DNA of 64,000 nt. It comes from Macrostomum lignano (taxonomy: Eukaryota). Made by a program: the position numbers and the translations under genes. The stretch lies in the NCBI GenBank assembly GCA_002269645.1, contig NIVC01000587.1, forward strand, positions 186,001-250,000, written 5' to 3'. Shown here piece after piece: positions 52,268 through 64,000 of this stretch (positions are counted from its first letter, which is position 1; every line of letters begins with the position of its first letter). The notes below the pieces were generated by a model, which searched no databases, was not told the DNA's origin, and worked only from the letters and a program-made list of their open reading frames with translations.

Positions 52268-53975
52268 AGCCGATTCTCCTGAGTCTTTATCTACCTGCCT
52301 AATAGATAAGGGCGCCGATTCTCCTGAGTCTTTATCTACCTGCCTAAGAGAGATAAGGGCGCCGATTCACCTGGATCTTTATCTACCTGCCTAAGAGAGA
52401 TAAGGGCGCCGATTCTCCAGAGTCTTTATCTACCTGCCTAAGAGAGATAAGGGCGCCGATTCTCCAGAGTCTTTATCTACCTGCCTAAGAGAGATAAGGG
52501 TGCCGATTCAACTGGATCTTTATCTACCTGCCTAAGAGAGATAAAGGGTGCCGATTCAACTGGATCTTTATCTACCTGCCTAAGAGAGATAAGGGTGCCG
52601 ATTCACCTGGATCTTTATCTACCTGCCTAAGAGAGATAAGGGTGCCGATTCACCTGGATCTTTATCTACCTGCCTAAGAGAGATAAGGGTGCCGATTCAC
52701 CTGGATCTTTATCTACCTGCCTAAGAGAGATAAGGGTGCCGATTCTCCAGAGTCTTTATCTACCTGCCTAAGAAAGATAAGGGCGCCGATTCACCTGGAT
52801 CTTTATCTACCTGCCTAAGAGAGATAAGGGTGCCGATTCTCCAGAGTCTTTATCTACCTGCCTAAGAAAGATAAGGGCGCCGATTCACCTGGATCTTTAT
52901 CTACCTGCCTAAGAGAGATAAAGGGTGCCGATTCAACTGGATCTTTATCTACCTGCCTAAGAGAGATAAAGGGTGCCGATTCAACTGGATCTTTATCTAC
53001 CTGCCTAAGAGAGATAAGGGTGCCGATTCACCTGGATCTTTATCTACCTGCCTAAGAGAGATAAGGGTGCCGATTCACCTGGATCTTTATCTACCTGCCT
53101 AAGAGAGATAAGGGTGCCGATTCACCTGGATCTTTATCTACCTGCCTAAGAGAGATAAGGGTGCCGATTCTCCAGAGTCTTTATCTACCTGCCTAAGAGA
53201 GATAAGGGTGCCGATTCAACTGGATCTTTATCTACCTGCCTAAGAGAGATAAAGGGTGCCGATTCAACTGGATCTTTATCTACCTGCCTAAGAGAGATAA
53301 GGGTGCCGATTCACCTGGATCTTTATCTACCTGCCTAAGAGAGATAAGGGTGCCGATTCTCCAGAGTCTTTATCTACCTGCCTAAGAAAGATAAGGGCGC
53401 CGATTCACCTGGATCTTTATCTACCTGCCTAAGAGAGATAAAGGGTGCCGATTCACCTGGATCTTTATCTACCTGCCTAAGAGAGATAAGGGGTGCCGAT
53501 TCTCCAGAGTCTTTATCTACCTGCCTAAGAGAGATAAGGGTGCCGATTCACCTGAGTCTTTATCTACCTGCCTAAGAGAGATAAGGGTGCCGATTCTCCA
53601 GAGTCTTTATCTACCTGCCTAAGAGAGATAAGGGTGCCGATTCACCAGGATCTTTATCTACCTGCCTAAGAGAGATAAGGGTGGCGATTAACCTGAGTCT
53701 TTATCTACCTGCCTAAGAGAGATAAGGGTGCCGATTCACCTGGATCTTTATCTACCTGCCTAAGAGAGATAAGGGTGGCGATTCTCCAGAGTCTTTATCT
53801 ACCTGCCTAAGAGAGATAAGGGTGCCGATTCACCTGGATCTTTATCTACCTGCCTAAGAGAGATAAGGGTGCCGATTCAACTGGATCTTTATCTACCTGC
53901 CTAAGAGAGATAAGGGTGCCGATTCACCTGAGTCTTTATCTACCTGTCTAAGAGATAAGGGTGGCGATTCACCTG
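52268..53975. repeat. 47-bp minisatellite, ~36 copies
   Basis: Unit gataagggtgccgattcacctggatctttatctacctgcctaagaga. Confidence 0.97.
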
Positions 53976-55221
53976 TCTTTATCCTAGCCGAAATCTTAAG
54001 CCATTTAGCGCAGAAATTTAACCAGATTTATGCAGCTTTAAATCAGGAACCATTTCCGACCCCAGGTGTGAGTCATGCACTCAATTTTTGCGATCTCAAC
54101 TCTCACCCTCTCAATTCCCAATTTCGGGAAGAAATCGAAGTTCGAAATTTTAGAACTCGAGTTGCACGAAAGGCAGACGACAGAAGATTGCAGGTGAGCG
54201 AGGCTTTCGCAAAGGAATTTTTGTCAACCTCAGAACTCTCCTCTCTTCGCCTCTTCCTAAAAGCAGCGAATTGGTTTTACGATCCTACTCAAAACTTCGA
54301 GAGAAGATTCTGCTCCATTCCAACTGAGCGGCTATGACTCGGAAGAGATAAGAAAATTTTCTTTTGCTTGAAAGCGAAAAAAATCGACTTGAAAAATCAA
54401 TAACCCGTGTTAAATTAACGCGGGCCATTCTGTTGAGGGGCTGTTCTCAGGTGCGCTCTTAGAACCGTTCCAATTATGCACGAGCGCAAATCTAAACTCA
54501 CTCGGCATTACAATATTTTCTATGTCACAACAAGCTCTGCTTTCACTGGCGTCTTCCGCTCCCGTAGTAAGAGCAGCTCATACTAGTTTTTTTCTTTCTC
54601 CGAGAACTGAGAAATCCCGCTTTTGCATTGTTTAATCAGGCCGCAAGCCGACCCTACAGCCGCAGTTCTGGCAAGACACGAAACACGGCAAAAAAAGCAA
54701 GCCAGAGACAGAAGCCGAACAAGAGTCTGCTTTCGGACAAAGAGCGCCCCCCACCCCGGACGCATGTTGCTTGTGTGTGTTTTTTATCTGTTGGCTTTTG
54801 CGTTTGTTCAGAGAGCTGGCCCTATGCTAATAATTCACTCTCGCTGTATTGCAGCATATATCTTTATTTAAGCAGGCCAAGTCAGGGTCCCCTCCGCCAG
54901 TGTTGCCAGCTTCATCAACAAGCGCGCCAAACAATTGGCCATCTTCTTACAATAGACAGCCGCCTCCCCTATTGACTCAGTTGCTCTGCGCTGTCCTCTC
55001 TTCCCTTCCCCCTCCCTACACTGCCAAGTATTGAGTCGCAAGCCTCGCCGAATCCATTTTGTGTAAGCTCTCGTCTGGTTACGCTTCAGTCTGCACCCGA
55101 GCATCGTTTGGTCAAATAAGCCTTGCTGTTCTGCTGTACCGGCTTTAAAAAATGGTGCGTCTGTGTGATCTGTCTTGTCTGTGCATCTAGCCACTGTTCT
55201 CTAACTTGACTACTGTCTACT

Positions 55222-55757
55222 CTGCCTGCCTGCCCTGCTCTCTACCCCCTACTCCACTCTCCCTACTCCACTATCCCTACTCTACTATCCCTACTCCACT
55301 CTCCCTACTCTAATCTCCCTAATCCACTCTCCCTACTCTAATCTCCCTAATCCACTCTCCCTACTCCACTCTCCCTACTCCACTCTCCTACTCCACTCTC
55401 CCTACTCCACTCTCCCTACTCCACTGTCCCTACTCCACTATCCCTACTCCACTCTCCCTACTCCACTCTCCCTACTCTAATCTCCCTAATCCACTCTCCC
55501 TACTCCACTCTCCCTACTCCACTCTCCCTACTCCACTCTCCCTACTCTAATCTCCCTAATCCACTCTCCCTACTCCACTCTCCCTACTCCACTGTCCCTA
55601 CTCCACTCTCCCTACTCCACTCTCCCTACTCCACTATCCCTACTCCACTGTCCCAACTCCACTCTCCCTACTTTACTCTCCCTACTCTACTCTCCCTAAT
55701 CCACTCTCCCTACTCCACTCTCCCTACTCTACTCTCCCTACTCCACTCTCCCACTCC
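55222..55757. repeat. 14-bp pyrimidine-rich minisatellite
   Basis: Unit tactccactctccc, starting ~10 nt into ephrin intron 1. Confidence 0.93.
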
Positions 55758-55769
55758 CCAGAAACTCAC

Positions 55770-55894
55770 AGCGGATTGCTGGCATTCCAGTAGACCCTGA
55801 GCTGCTCCGCAGCCTGTCCAGCAGACGCGACCAACAGTTGCAGCAGCAGCAGCAGCAGCAGGCCAAGCTCAAACTGTTTTCCAATCCTGCTCAT
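55770..55894 (-). CDS. Ephrin, exon 1 (signal peptide + VYWNASNP)
   Basis: MSRIGKQFELGLLLLLLLQLLVASAGQAAEQLRVYWNASNP, a signal peptide plus the ephrin N-terminal WN.SN motif. Donor GTGAGT, phase 2. Confidence 0.88.
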
Positions 55895-56339
55895 GCTCCC
55901 GTTTCTGGGCTTATAAAAATCTCTGGTTTACGTCAATAACTTGGCTTAGGGGCATTTCAGAGCTATAAGTATTGTAAATTTATGACGACTCTGCTTGTTG
56001 AAGTCTCTCTTAATGCTTGATGCTAGAGTTCAGTTCCTTATGAAATATCCCAATTTTCATAGTGTTTACCATCTCCAACTCCTATTGGCTAGCCAAGAGC
56101 AGACAAATCAGCCTTCATGACTTGCTTAAACCAATTGATTCAATATCATTAGTTATATTGCTTCACCTTCCTTTGGCGTCTACTATTAGTAGCATATTAT
56201 CACGCGAACACTTGAAACACGAAAAGATCTTTTTAATATCATGGTGTCATAGAGTTTTGTTAAGTTAAAATGTTAGGGAATCAGGCAGCACAGCTTGGTT
56301 CTCACTTCTCAGCAACCCCTCTTGAGCATTGACTATTTC

Positions 56340-56915
56340 AGGCACCAGGACACACTGAGACAGGCACCAAGACACACTGAGACAGGCACAAAGACACACT
56401 GAGACAGGCACAAAGACACACTGAGACAGGCACAAAGACACACTGAGACAGGCACAAAGACACACTGAGACAGGCACAAAGACACACTGAGACAGGCACA
56501 AAGACACATTGAGACAGGCACCAAGACACACTGAGACAGGCACCAAGACACACTGAGACAGGCACCAAGACACACTGAGACAGGCACCAAGACACACTGA
56601 GACAGGCACCAAGACACACTGAGACAGGCACAAAGACACATTGAGACAGGCACAAAGACACATTGAGACAGGCACCAAGACACACTGAGACAGGCACCAA
56701 GACACACTGAGACAGGCACCAAGACACACTGAGACAGGCACAAGACACACTGAGACAGGCACTAAGACACACTGAGACAGGCACTAAGACACACTGAGAC
56801 AGGCACAAAGACACACTGAGACAGGCACTAAGACACACTGAGACAGGCACAAAGACACACTGAGACAGGCACAAAGACACACTGAGACAGGCACAAAGAC
56901 ACATTGAGACAGGCA
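56340..56915. repeat. 22-bp minisatellite, ~26 copies
   Basis: Unit gacacactgagacaggcacaaa. Confidence 0.95.
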
Positions 56916-58085
56916 CGTTAATACATTAATACATAAATACAGTCAGTGATTAAGAAATATAAAAATCTTAAAACTCTTTAATAACTATCATTTTCTCTGC
57001 TAAAGTCCAAGATTGTTCAGAAAATTTGCTCACAGATCTGTCCAAAATTCCCAAGCTGTGCGCGTGTGTATTTCTCCAGTTGGAACATAGAAGATAAGAA
57101 CCAGCGCTAGCAGACTGTGAAAAATAACCCTATTTATCAATATTTTGGAAGCGGACAACAGAATTTGGGAAATTAAAGTCAGTTTTGTACTTTATTTTAC
57201 GAGAATTGAGAACAGCCAAGTAAACAATAAAGAGACGAGCGCAAATTGAAAAAAGCAGATGATACCACAGTCGCAGAGACAGAAAGCAACAAAAAGGGGA
57301 AAGCAGTTCTATTTGTGTACCAAAAAGCTCCACTGAAAGCATTGAATCAGTATATAAAGTAATAAAATCGATGTTATTCCAAGAATCGCTCGCCGCAGAC
57401 TTCTATAAAATTGGAAAAAGATCACAACGAATACAATCAGAAAATAAAAAACTTTTGTAAAGGGAAGATCTAGATTTGTGTCTTAGGTCAGCAGTGCAGG
57501 TATTTTGGAACCCAATATAGAAAATAAATTTGTTATAATTAATACCTAGCTTCTTTACAGTACCGCAAAGTCGTCAGTTTTCATTTTCCGCAGAGAAACT
57601 TGGAAAAAAGCAATTAAATTACGCTATCGAAAATTTGGTTTGGTAGCTAAAAGAAGAAACCAAAAAGTCCACAGAAAAGAAATATTGGCTTGAAAGAAAC
57701 AAAATAATACCCCTGGATTTGTAAATAAACAATGAAAACACGCGGTTCGCAGGGAGTTTAGGTCAGATTGGCTGCACTCTAGTCAGGGGTCTTTACTCTT
57801 TTTTTTAGAAAATAAATAGTGAAGTTAGAGGCCTATCTTAATAGTTACAACAATCCATTCTGTCTCTTACTGCTTCTGTAAATCGTCAATACAAGTTTAC
57901 AACGGGTCAAAGTTCTGTGTCAACAAAATATTAAGTGAGCAAAGCAGATAATAATTTGACAAGTCACACAAGAGTCTTTCTAACACAGTTGCTGCTTGAA
58001 AGTTCTGCTTCTCAACATTTACGAGAATATGTCAGGTCAAAATTGTTCTGTGGCTCTGGATAGCCACAGTAGATCTTCGGTCCAA

Positions 58086-59393
58086 TCACTCCAGATCGGC
58101 ATCAGTGATGGACTCGCCCTTGTACTGCGAGTGACGAATACCGAAGCTGCAGCTAGGGGCCGACTTGCGGGTGAAGTTGTAGCCCTGAAGATGAGAATGA
58201 GGGCGTTTTGATTTAGCAATCGGCTTTATTATCCACGATATCGAAATGCTTGACTGCCTGAAAGCCGCCCGAGTGGCTATTTTCAGACAAGCGGGCTAGC
58301 CAATGGCTGGGCAGGTAAGGGGGTGGGTGCAAGCGGGCTTAGCCAATGGCTGGGCAGGGAAGGGGGTAGGTGCAAGCGGGCTAGCCAATGGCTGAGCAGG
58401 GAAGGAGTGGGTGTGGAAAGAAAGTAGACTAGCCAATGGTTGTCTCAGCGACGAGGTATTTACGCTTGAGTCTTTTAATTCTAATTTGAATTCCAGCTGT
58501 TTGGAATATCTGCCACTGATGTCTGCCAAATATAACTCACCGGCTCAGGTGAGTGGGCTCCGGGACCCGGCTTGGTGGTGCTGTCACCCGGCATGGCGTT
58601 GCGGCTGGTCATGCTGAAGGCAGGCGGGGAGTTCTTGTACTTGCCAGGCGAGGTCACACTGTAGGCGCCTGGGCCCGGCGTCTGCGGCGGGAGAAACAAA
58701 AGAATTATTTGATATTCTCTTCAACCATAAGCAAAGATCGTAAAAAATTAAAAGACAAGACACCTTCTGCAGATCCTCGTGGAAGCCGCCAATCTTGGAG
58801 CGGCCAGTCAGCGACGCAGCTGGGGCGGATTTTTTCTCGCTGCGCAGAGTCTTGCCCATCATCGGGTCAGGTGTGTAGGCGTTGGGTCCTGTAGATTGAG
58901 TGTGTAAGTTTGTATAACAACGAATTGTTACCCACAGATTTCCCAAATCCTAAGTGGCTATTGATTTACTAGCTATCGCTCTCTGACGCTCACCGGGGGT
59001 GTTGTCAGTGCGGAATTCCATGTGGCGGACGCCGAAGCTGTAGGCCGGTGCCTTGCTGTAGATCTCCTTGTTGGTGTTGTCGGTCTTGTAGGCGCCGGGT
59101 CCGGGAGCCGAGAACATTGTGCCATCCTTGGGCCGGCCGTACAGCGAGTACTGCGGAGTTCCGTCCTTGCCATCGCGGAAAATTCTCGCACCGGGCAGGT
59201 AGCAAGGTCCCGGGCTCGAGTCGTCGCTGAACTTTCCGTGTCGCATACCGAATTGATAGGCGGGGCCGCGGTTGTGCACGGAGCGGGGGTCGTGGTGTGG
59301 CTGGCCCACCAAGCCGGGCAGGCCGTATTTGGGGCCCGGGCTGCTGTACATGGCGGCTACGGGACCGCGCGGCTTTGTGTAGTTGTACACCAT
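58086..59393 (-). CDS. ODF3: Outer dense fiber protein 3 / CIMAP1-like SHIPPO (PGPG.Y) repeat protein, 254 aa, 4 exons: 59393-58994, 58888-58764, 58681-58541, 58184-58086
   Basis: Repeated SPGPKY/SPGPCY/APGPGAY/TPGPNAY/TPGPGAY/KPGPGAH motifs with APAYSFG-type linkers. All three introns (105, 82, 356 nt) are GT-AG with matching phases. The spliced CDS is 765 nt ending ...SFGIRHSQYKGESITDADLE*. Confidence 0.93.
58290..58440. repeat. ~43-bp repeat, 3 copies, in ODF3 intron 3
   Basis: Unit gcgggctagccaatggctgggcagg...gtgcaa. Confidence 0.8.
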
Positions 59394-61564
59394 GGCTAAT
59401 GGAAAATTTTTAGCTGAAAAATGAAAAATAAGCCAAGCAGTTAGGAAAAGACTGTTTCTGTTTGTGGCCAATATTAAATATGATGGAAAGCTCAGTATCG
59501 AACGAACACTTTTCCATATATCTATTGTTAAAATTTTAACTCTGATTTCGCATGAAATATTTGTCTGCAAAATTGCACTGTACTGACTGAACAATAATAG
59601 AAAGCAACTAATGAAATATTTTATAGTATATAAATAAACATTTGGTGTGTGTTAACCAACTTGAGAAAATAAATTTAGTGCTATTTACATGCAATACAGA
59701 TGGAGCGCTTCATTAAGTATTGTTTGTATCTTGGCTTGAAGAATTACTCAAGAACCAAGTCAATAGGAGTAACGGTAACAACTTCTAGTTGGGTCCTTTA
59801 TGTTACTAATCTGTCAGTAAATAAAGGTTAGAGTTGAATTTAAATTGCCTAATTATTCTTTGAACGAAACTATGAAACTTTAATCCTACTTCCTAAAAGT
59901 TATGGTTATCATTCGTAACAATATTTTTTTCATGATACTTAATCTTGTCTCTCAGCCAGCGATTCTATAATAAAATCTTACTTTTAATTCGAAATACTTT
60001 ATTCAGCACATTACCGTCAATTAGTGTATCAACACTGTTGCTGTACCTTGGATGTATTCTTAAAATCCGAAGAGATCTGCTACAGATAATGTCTGTTGCA
60101 AAGAATTCAAATTCAGTGGCTGGTTACGATTGCCATGTAAGTTGCTATTTCCATATTAATTTTCTTTTGTTATGGTTTATATTAGTAAAAAATAAAGTAA
60201 AAAAAACAATAATTTACACCAGGATGCTTCTTAAACTTTTACAATTTATAAAAAACTGTTTTCATTTGTTAAGGCCAAGTAAATCGTCATTTTAAAAAAG
60301 TACGGAAATTTATACGTTTAATAAGTACAAATGTATAACGGCGTAGACTAGCCTAGAGCCTCGATACCAAATTACATTGAATTGAAGTATTCTTAAAAAT
60401 ATGGTAATGAAGAAGAGTAGAAAACAGAAGTCTAATCTTAGAAATTTGGGTGCTCGTGGATAAATGTTAGACATGTAATTTTGCAAGTATTGCCTTGATT
60501 TGACTTACAATAATAACGTTGCTAGGCCTAACCAACAAAAAATGGCATTGCATTGTATATATAAATCGAATAATTTGGTAGTGTAAAACAGTTATACTAT
60601 AATAATTGATATTGACACTTCTTCTTTATTGCCAAGCCTTTGGCCTTCTCAAATGTTTTGCCACTTGTCTAAAAGGCAGCTATTTGTCTTTGATATTTTT
60701 TAAGTATTGTAGGCTTAGTACAAGAGCTATAGATAAGATTTTAGTATATAGGATATAGACATAGTAGCTTGGTCTTTCAACTCTATCTTTTTCCTTATAT
60801 ACTCTTATTTTGCCTATAACACTTGAGTCTATGATAAGTTCTAAATCTATTTAGCAACTTTATAAGCAACTCTTTCCAGGGTGAAATTCATCCCAAAAAT
60901 AAATAGTTAATAACATGTTTTGCATAGAAAGTAAAAAAATTAAATACATAGGCCTAGTATGCACAAGACTTGATAATTTTTTTCTTTGACTCTGAAAGAG
61001 CTTTAGTAAATAATTATTGGTATTAGAGCTACCATTGCTAATATTTAATTCCAACAAGATGCATATTAAACCATATTTTTATAATAAAAAATTCATTGTT
61101 CTGTAAGGCTTTCTTGGTTAAAATTTTTTTGTTTTTTGTTTTGTGTGCTTGATATATGAACCCTGGCTCATTTTCCCTTTCTATTTTCTTTGCTTCTCTT
61201 TGTCTTCTTTGTTATTTTAGACAGCTTTCAGTTATATTATAAATATAAAAATGGCAATGTCCTAGTTTCCCGTGTTTAATTATTTTGACCCAATTTTTGC
61301 TATTTTCAGCATAAATCATGGCTGGACAACCTTGCTTAAGCACCTGTAAATATTGATCTGGTATTATTAATAGATTGATGCTAAGCTGACGATATATTGG
61401 CTAGCAACCTGTTGCTAAGCTATCATCTAATAGCTAATTCACAGTGCCAACTTTATCCAAAAATAGCTTTGGCAACTTTCTGTACTGGCTGACACATTAC
61501 TATGCCATGTAATATTCCTTTAAAGTTTTAACCTCTATTTGACTGCAGTTTTAGGTGCTTATAA

Positions 61565-63936
61565 CCGTTCCCAATGGATAGGCTGAAAACAGCCATAGAC
61601 AGTTTTCAAATTTACGATCATAAATGTTGCTGCTACCACTGTTCCCACCTATATTCTTGCTTAAATTTAGTGTCTGTTTGCTAATTTAATTCATTTATAT
61701 GGACTGCTTTATATGATCATTTTACTTTTAGTTTAGTTTTGACTAGTTATGGATCTCATTTACACGTCGGACTCGGAGGACAATTTTCTCACTGACGAAG
61801 AGGACGGATCATTTTATTTTGATGAAGAGCCAGGTGAGGATGGTGACAACGTTGAAAGTGCCAGCAGCTCAGATAAGGACATCAAAATGGAGGAAGAACA
61901 CAAGTGGCACCAAGCTATCGAAGGGATGGACGACAGGCCCATGGCTATCCCAGAGTTCATGGGCACCCCAGGTTTTTGGCTGGACTGGGTACTACCATAA
62001 TCAGCGAATGGCAGTGAGTCAGAGTTTTTGCATCAATACCTAACCGACGAGCTGTTCGAGAACATTGCAAAGTGGACAAACAAACAGGCCTAGAGTTTTG
62101 CTCAGGAAAGGTCAGCTAATGAGTTACCAAAGGTTGTGTCTACATGGAAGGATTGCAGTGTTGACGAGGTGAAGAAGCTGATCGGCATCGTGTTGCTTAT
62201 GGGCATTGATAACAAGCCGGAGATCAGCTCATACTGGGCAAAGGATCCTGTGTACCACTGCACGTTTCTGGCTCAGCCACATTCACTTTCCCGCGATCGT
62301 TTCAAGCAGATTCTCTCCTGCCTTCGCTTTTACAGTAGCGCTGGTCCCGCTCCTCAAAGCCCTGTGGACAAGATCTCTCCATTCCTTGCTCTTGTGCAGC
62401 ACGCCTGTCGGAACAACTACATGCCCGATCAGAATCTATCAATTGACGAGACTCTGTTCATGTACAAAGGACAGGTACAGTTTAGGCAGTACATTCCTTC
62501 TAAGAAGAGCAAGTATGGTATCAAGTTATACTGCCTGTGTGAGGCCAAGTCTGGATACCTGTGGAACTTTGCCGTTCACACATCACAGCAGGAGAATGCC
62601 AGGTTTGGTGCCAGACTGGACTGTGAGGCCCTGTCCTTTAGTGAGCGAGTCGTAGCTGAGCTATGCCGCGACATTCTACATCTTGGCCATTGCATCTTCA
62701 TCGACAGTGGGTTTACATCGTACCGACTGGCTTTGTGGCTACTGGCCTGCAACACCATGCTGACTGGCACCGTGTGCAAAGATCGTGGACTGCCGCCACT
62801 GCTGCGAGACACTAACCTGCACCCTACATCATCAGTATTCGCAAGGTGTGGCAATGTGCTGGCATGCAAGTTTGTAGACTCCAAGTACAGTGGCAAGAAG
62901 ACTGTGTACTTGCTAGACACGGCAGGTAACGCGCAGTGCCCCAATGTAGCCCGCATTTGCCCTGGTGGTCAGCAGCAAGTGGTGGCAAAGCCGGTCAGCA
63001 TCACCACGTACAGTCGTTGTACAGGCTTTCCATATGATTGTGCTGCTTGTCCGCAACGCCTGGATCTTGTACAATTACCACGGCAGCAGCATGTCCTTCT
63101 TGCACTTCTTGCGCAAGGTGTTAGATATTCTTGTTGTGGAAACCGGTGTTGCCAGATGCCGAGGTCCTTCAGCTGCTCCAGTTGCTGTAGTGCCAACTGG
63201 CGCAGGTGATGGGCCACCTGCTGTTCCTCGACATTTGCCTACTAAGGCGCCCAAAGAAGGAGCCCTGGCCCGACCTTGCAAGCAGTGCAGAATGTGCAAA
63301 AGGAGAACCATCTTTGTCTGCTCCATGTGTCCAGGGAGGCCATCTCTGTGCCTTGGTGCGTGCTTTAGTGCCAGCCATACATAAAAAACAATTGTATTGG
63401 ACACTTCTAATGTGTACGTGTAATCATTCCTGTTTAGTTTATTAGTTTATACATTTCATTCAGTAAATTACTTCTTGCGTTGTGCATTACTATACTATTA
63501 TAGTCAACCTCAGTTTACATTAACTGCATTGTTTTTCCGCATTAAAAATACACACTCGTTAAGTCTAGCAGCCACAGGAAACATTTTTTTCAGTCAGAAC
63601 AGTCTTTTGGCACTTGTTTCTTGGCAGCTGTTAATTGACTGTAAACCATTCTACTCTGTGCATGTTACTTTATCATTCACTATGAGAAACTATTGTTGCT
63701 TTATTGGTGTGTTAAATATGTAGATGAAGGAATGAAGTTCTATTGATTATAAATATGGTTATATATAGCAGTCAGTAGTCCTTATACATAATATCTATAT
63801 GGCCGTTTTCGGCCTCTAGTTGTTGGGAATGGCTGTGGTAAAAAATCCAACAAATCTGGCCCATAGAGATTGATTTTATGCCATCTAGCTTGGAGGTAGA
63901 CAGAATGGACGAAAACAGCCATCCATCTGCCTATGG
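61565..63936 (+). mobile_element. piggyBac-family DNA transposon (degenerate)
   Basis: Contains a piggyBac transposase. The right end abuts TTAA (63937-63940). The putative left end ATAA|CCGTTCCCAATGGATAGGCTG partly matches the inverted right end, and the subterminal ggctgaaaacagccata / tatggccgttttcggcc pair is inverted. Boundaries are approximate. Confidence 0.65.
61749..63384 (+). pseudogene. piggyBac transposase (DDE_Tnp_1_7 / PGBD4-like) pseudogene
   Basis: Acidic N-terminus, LLMGI, LSRDRFKQIL, SIDETL, QYIPSKKSKYGIKLY, FIDSGFTS, LTGTV and a C-terminal Cys-rich domain (CKQC..CSMC..C..C..H). In-frame stops at 61998 and 62091. Frameshifting deletion at ~63026. Confidence 0.92.
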
Positions 63937-64000
63937 TTAAGACTTAAGACTCATTTTAAATCTTTAACAAACTTGCTTTTGTTTGTTCATTTCAAATTTT

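Noticed and set aside
52268-53975. CRISPR-like palindromic 47-bp repeats (also the 37-bp and 25-bp arrays)
   Set aside because: Head-to-tail units with no unique spacers, no cas genes, and a eukaryotic context.
55762-55940. Plus-strand poly-Gln exon using the 14-bp array as polypyrimidine tract
   Set aside because: The opposite strand encodes the ephrin signal peptide and WNASNP motif, which is a far better explanation.

Overview
Eukaryotic (metazoan) genomic DNA with GT-AG introns, not prokaryotic. By my rough tally about 40-45% of the window is tandem repeat: around 35 micro/minisatellite arrays of 0.15-4 kb, almost all with different units, alternating with 0.5-2 kb unique spacers up to ~57 kb. 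Most long ORFs in the supplied track are repeat artefacts. Genes reconstructed by hand from splice sites and phase: (1) a minus-strand secretin-family (class B1, PTH-receptor-like) GPCR that appears to carry TWO tandem, complete hormone-binding ectodomains before TM1 and runs off the left edge; (2) a plus-strand inositol polyphosphate multikinase (IPMK-like); (3) a minus-strand Pro/Gln-rich protein with about 13 QQPLxPQPPK repeats; (4) a minus-strand ephrin gene missing from the ORF track, with five small exons spread over ~16 kb of satellite-filled introns and an unresolved membrane anchor; (5) a complete 4-exon ODF3/CIMAP1 (SHIPPO-repeat) gene; (6) a dead piggyBac element with two nonsense codons and a deletion of the third catalytic Asp region. 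There is also a ~750-bp foldback/MITE structure and a tRNA-derived SINE-like head. The satellite-dense architecture resembles what I recall of flatworm genomes such as Macrostomum; that is an inference, not an identification. No CRISPR array, rRNA or intact tRNA was found.
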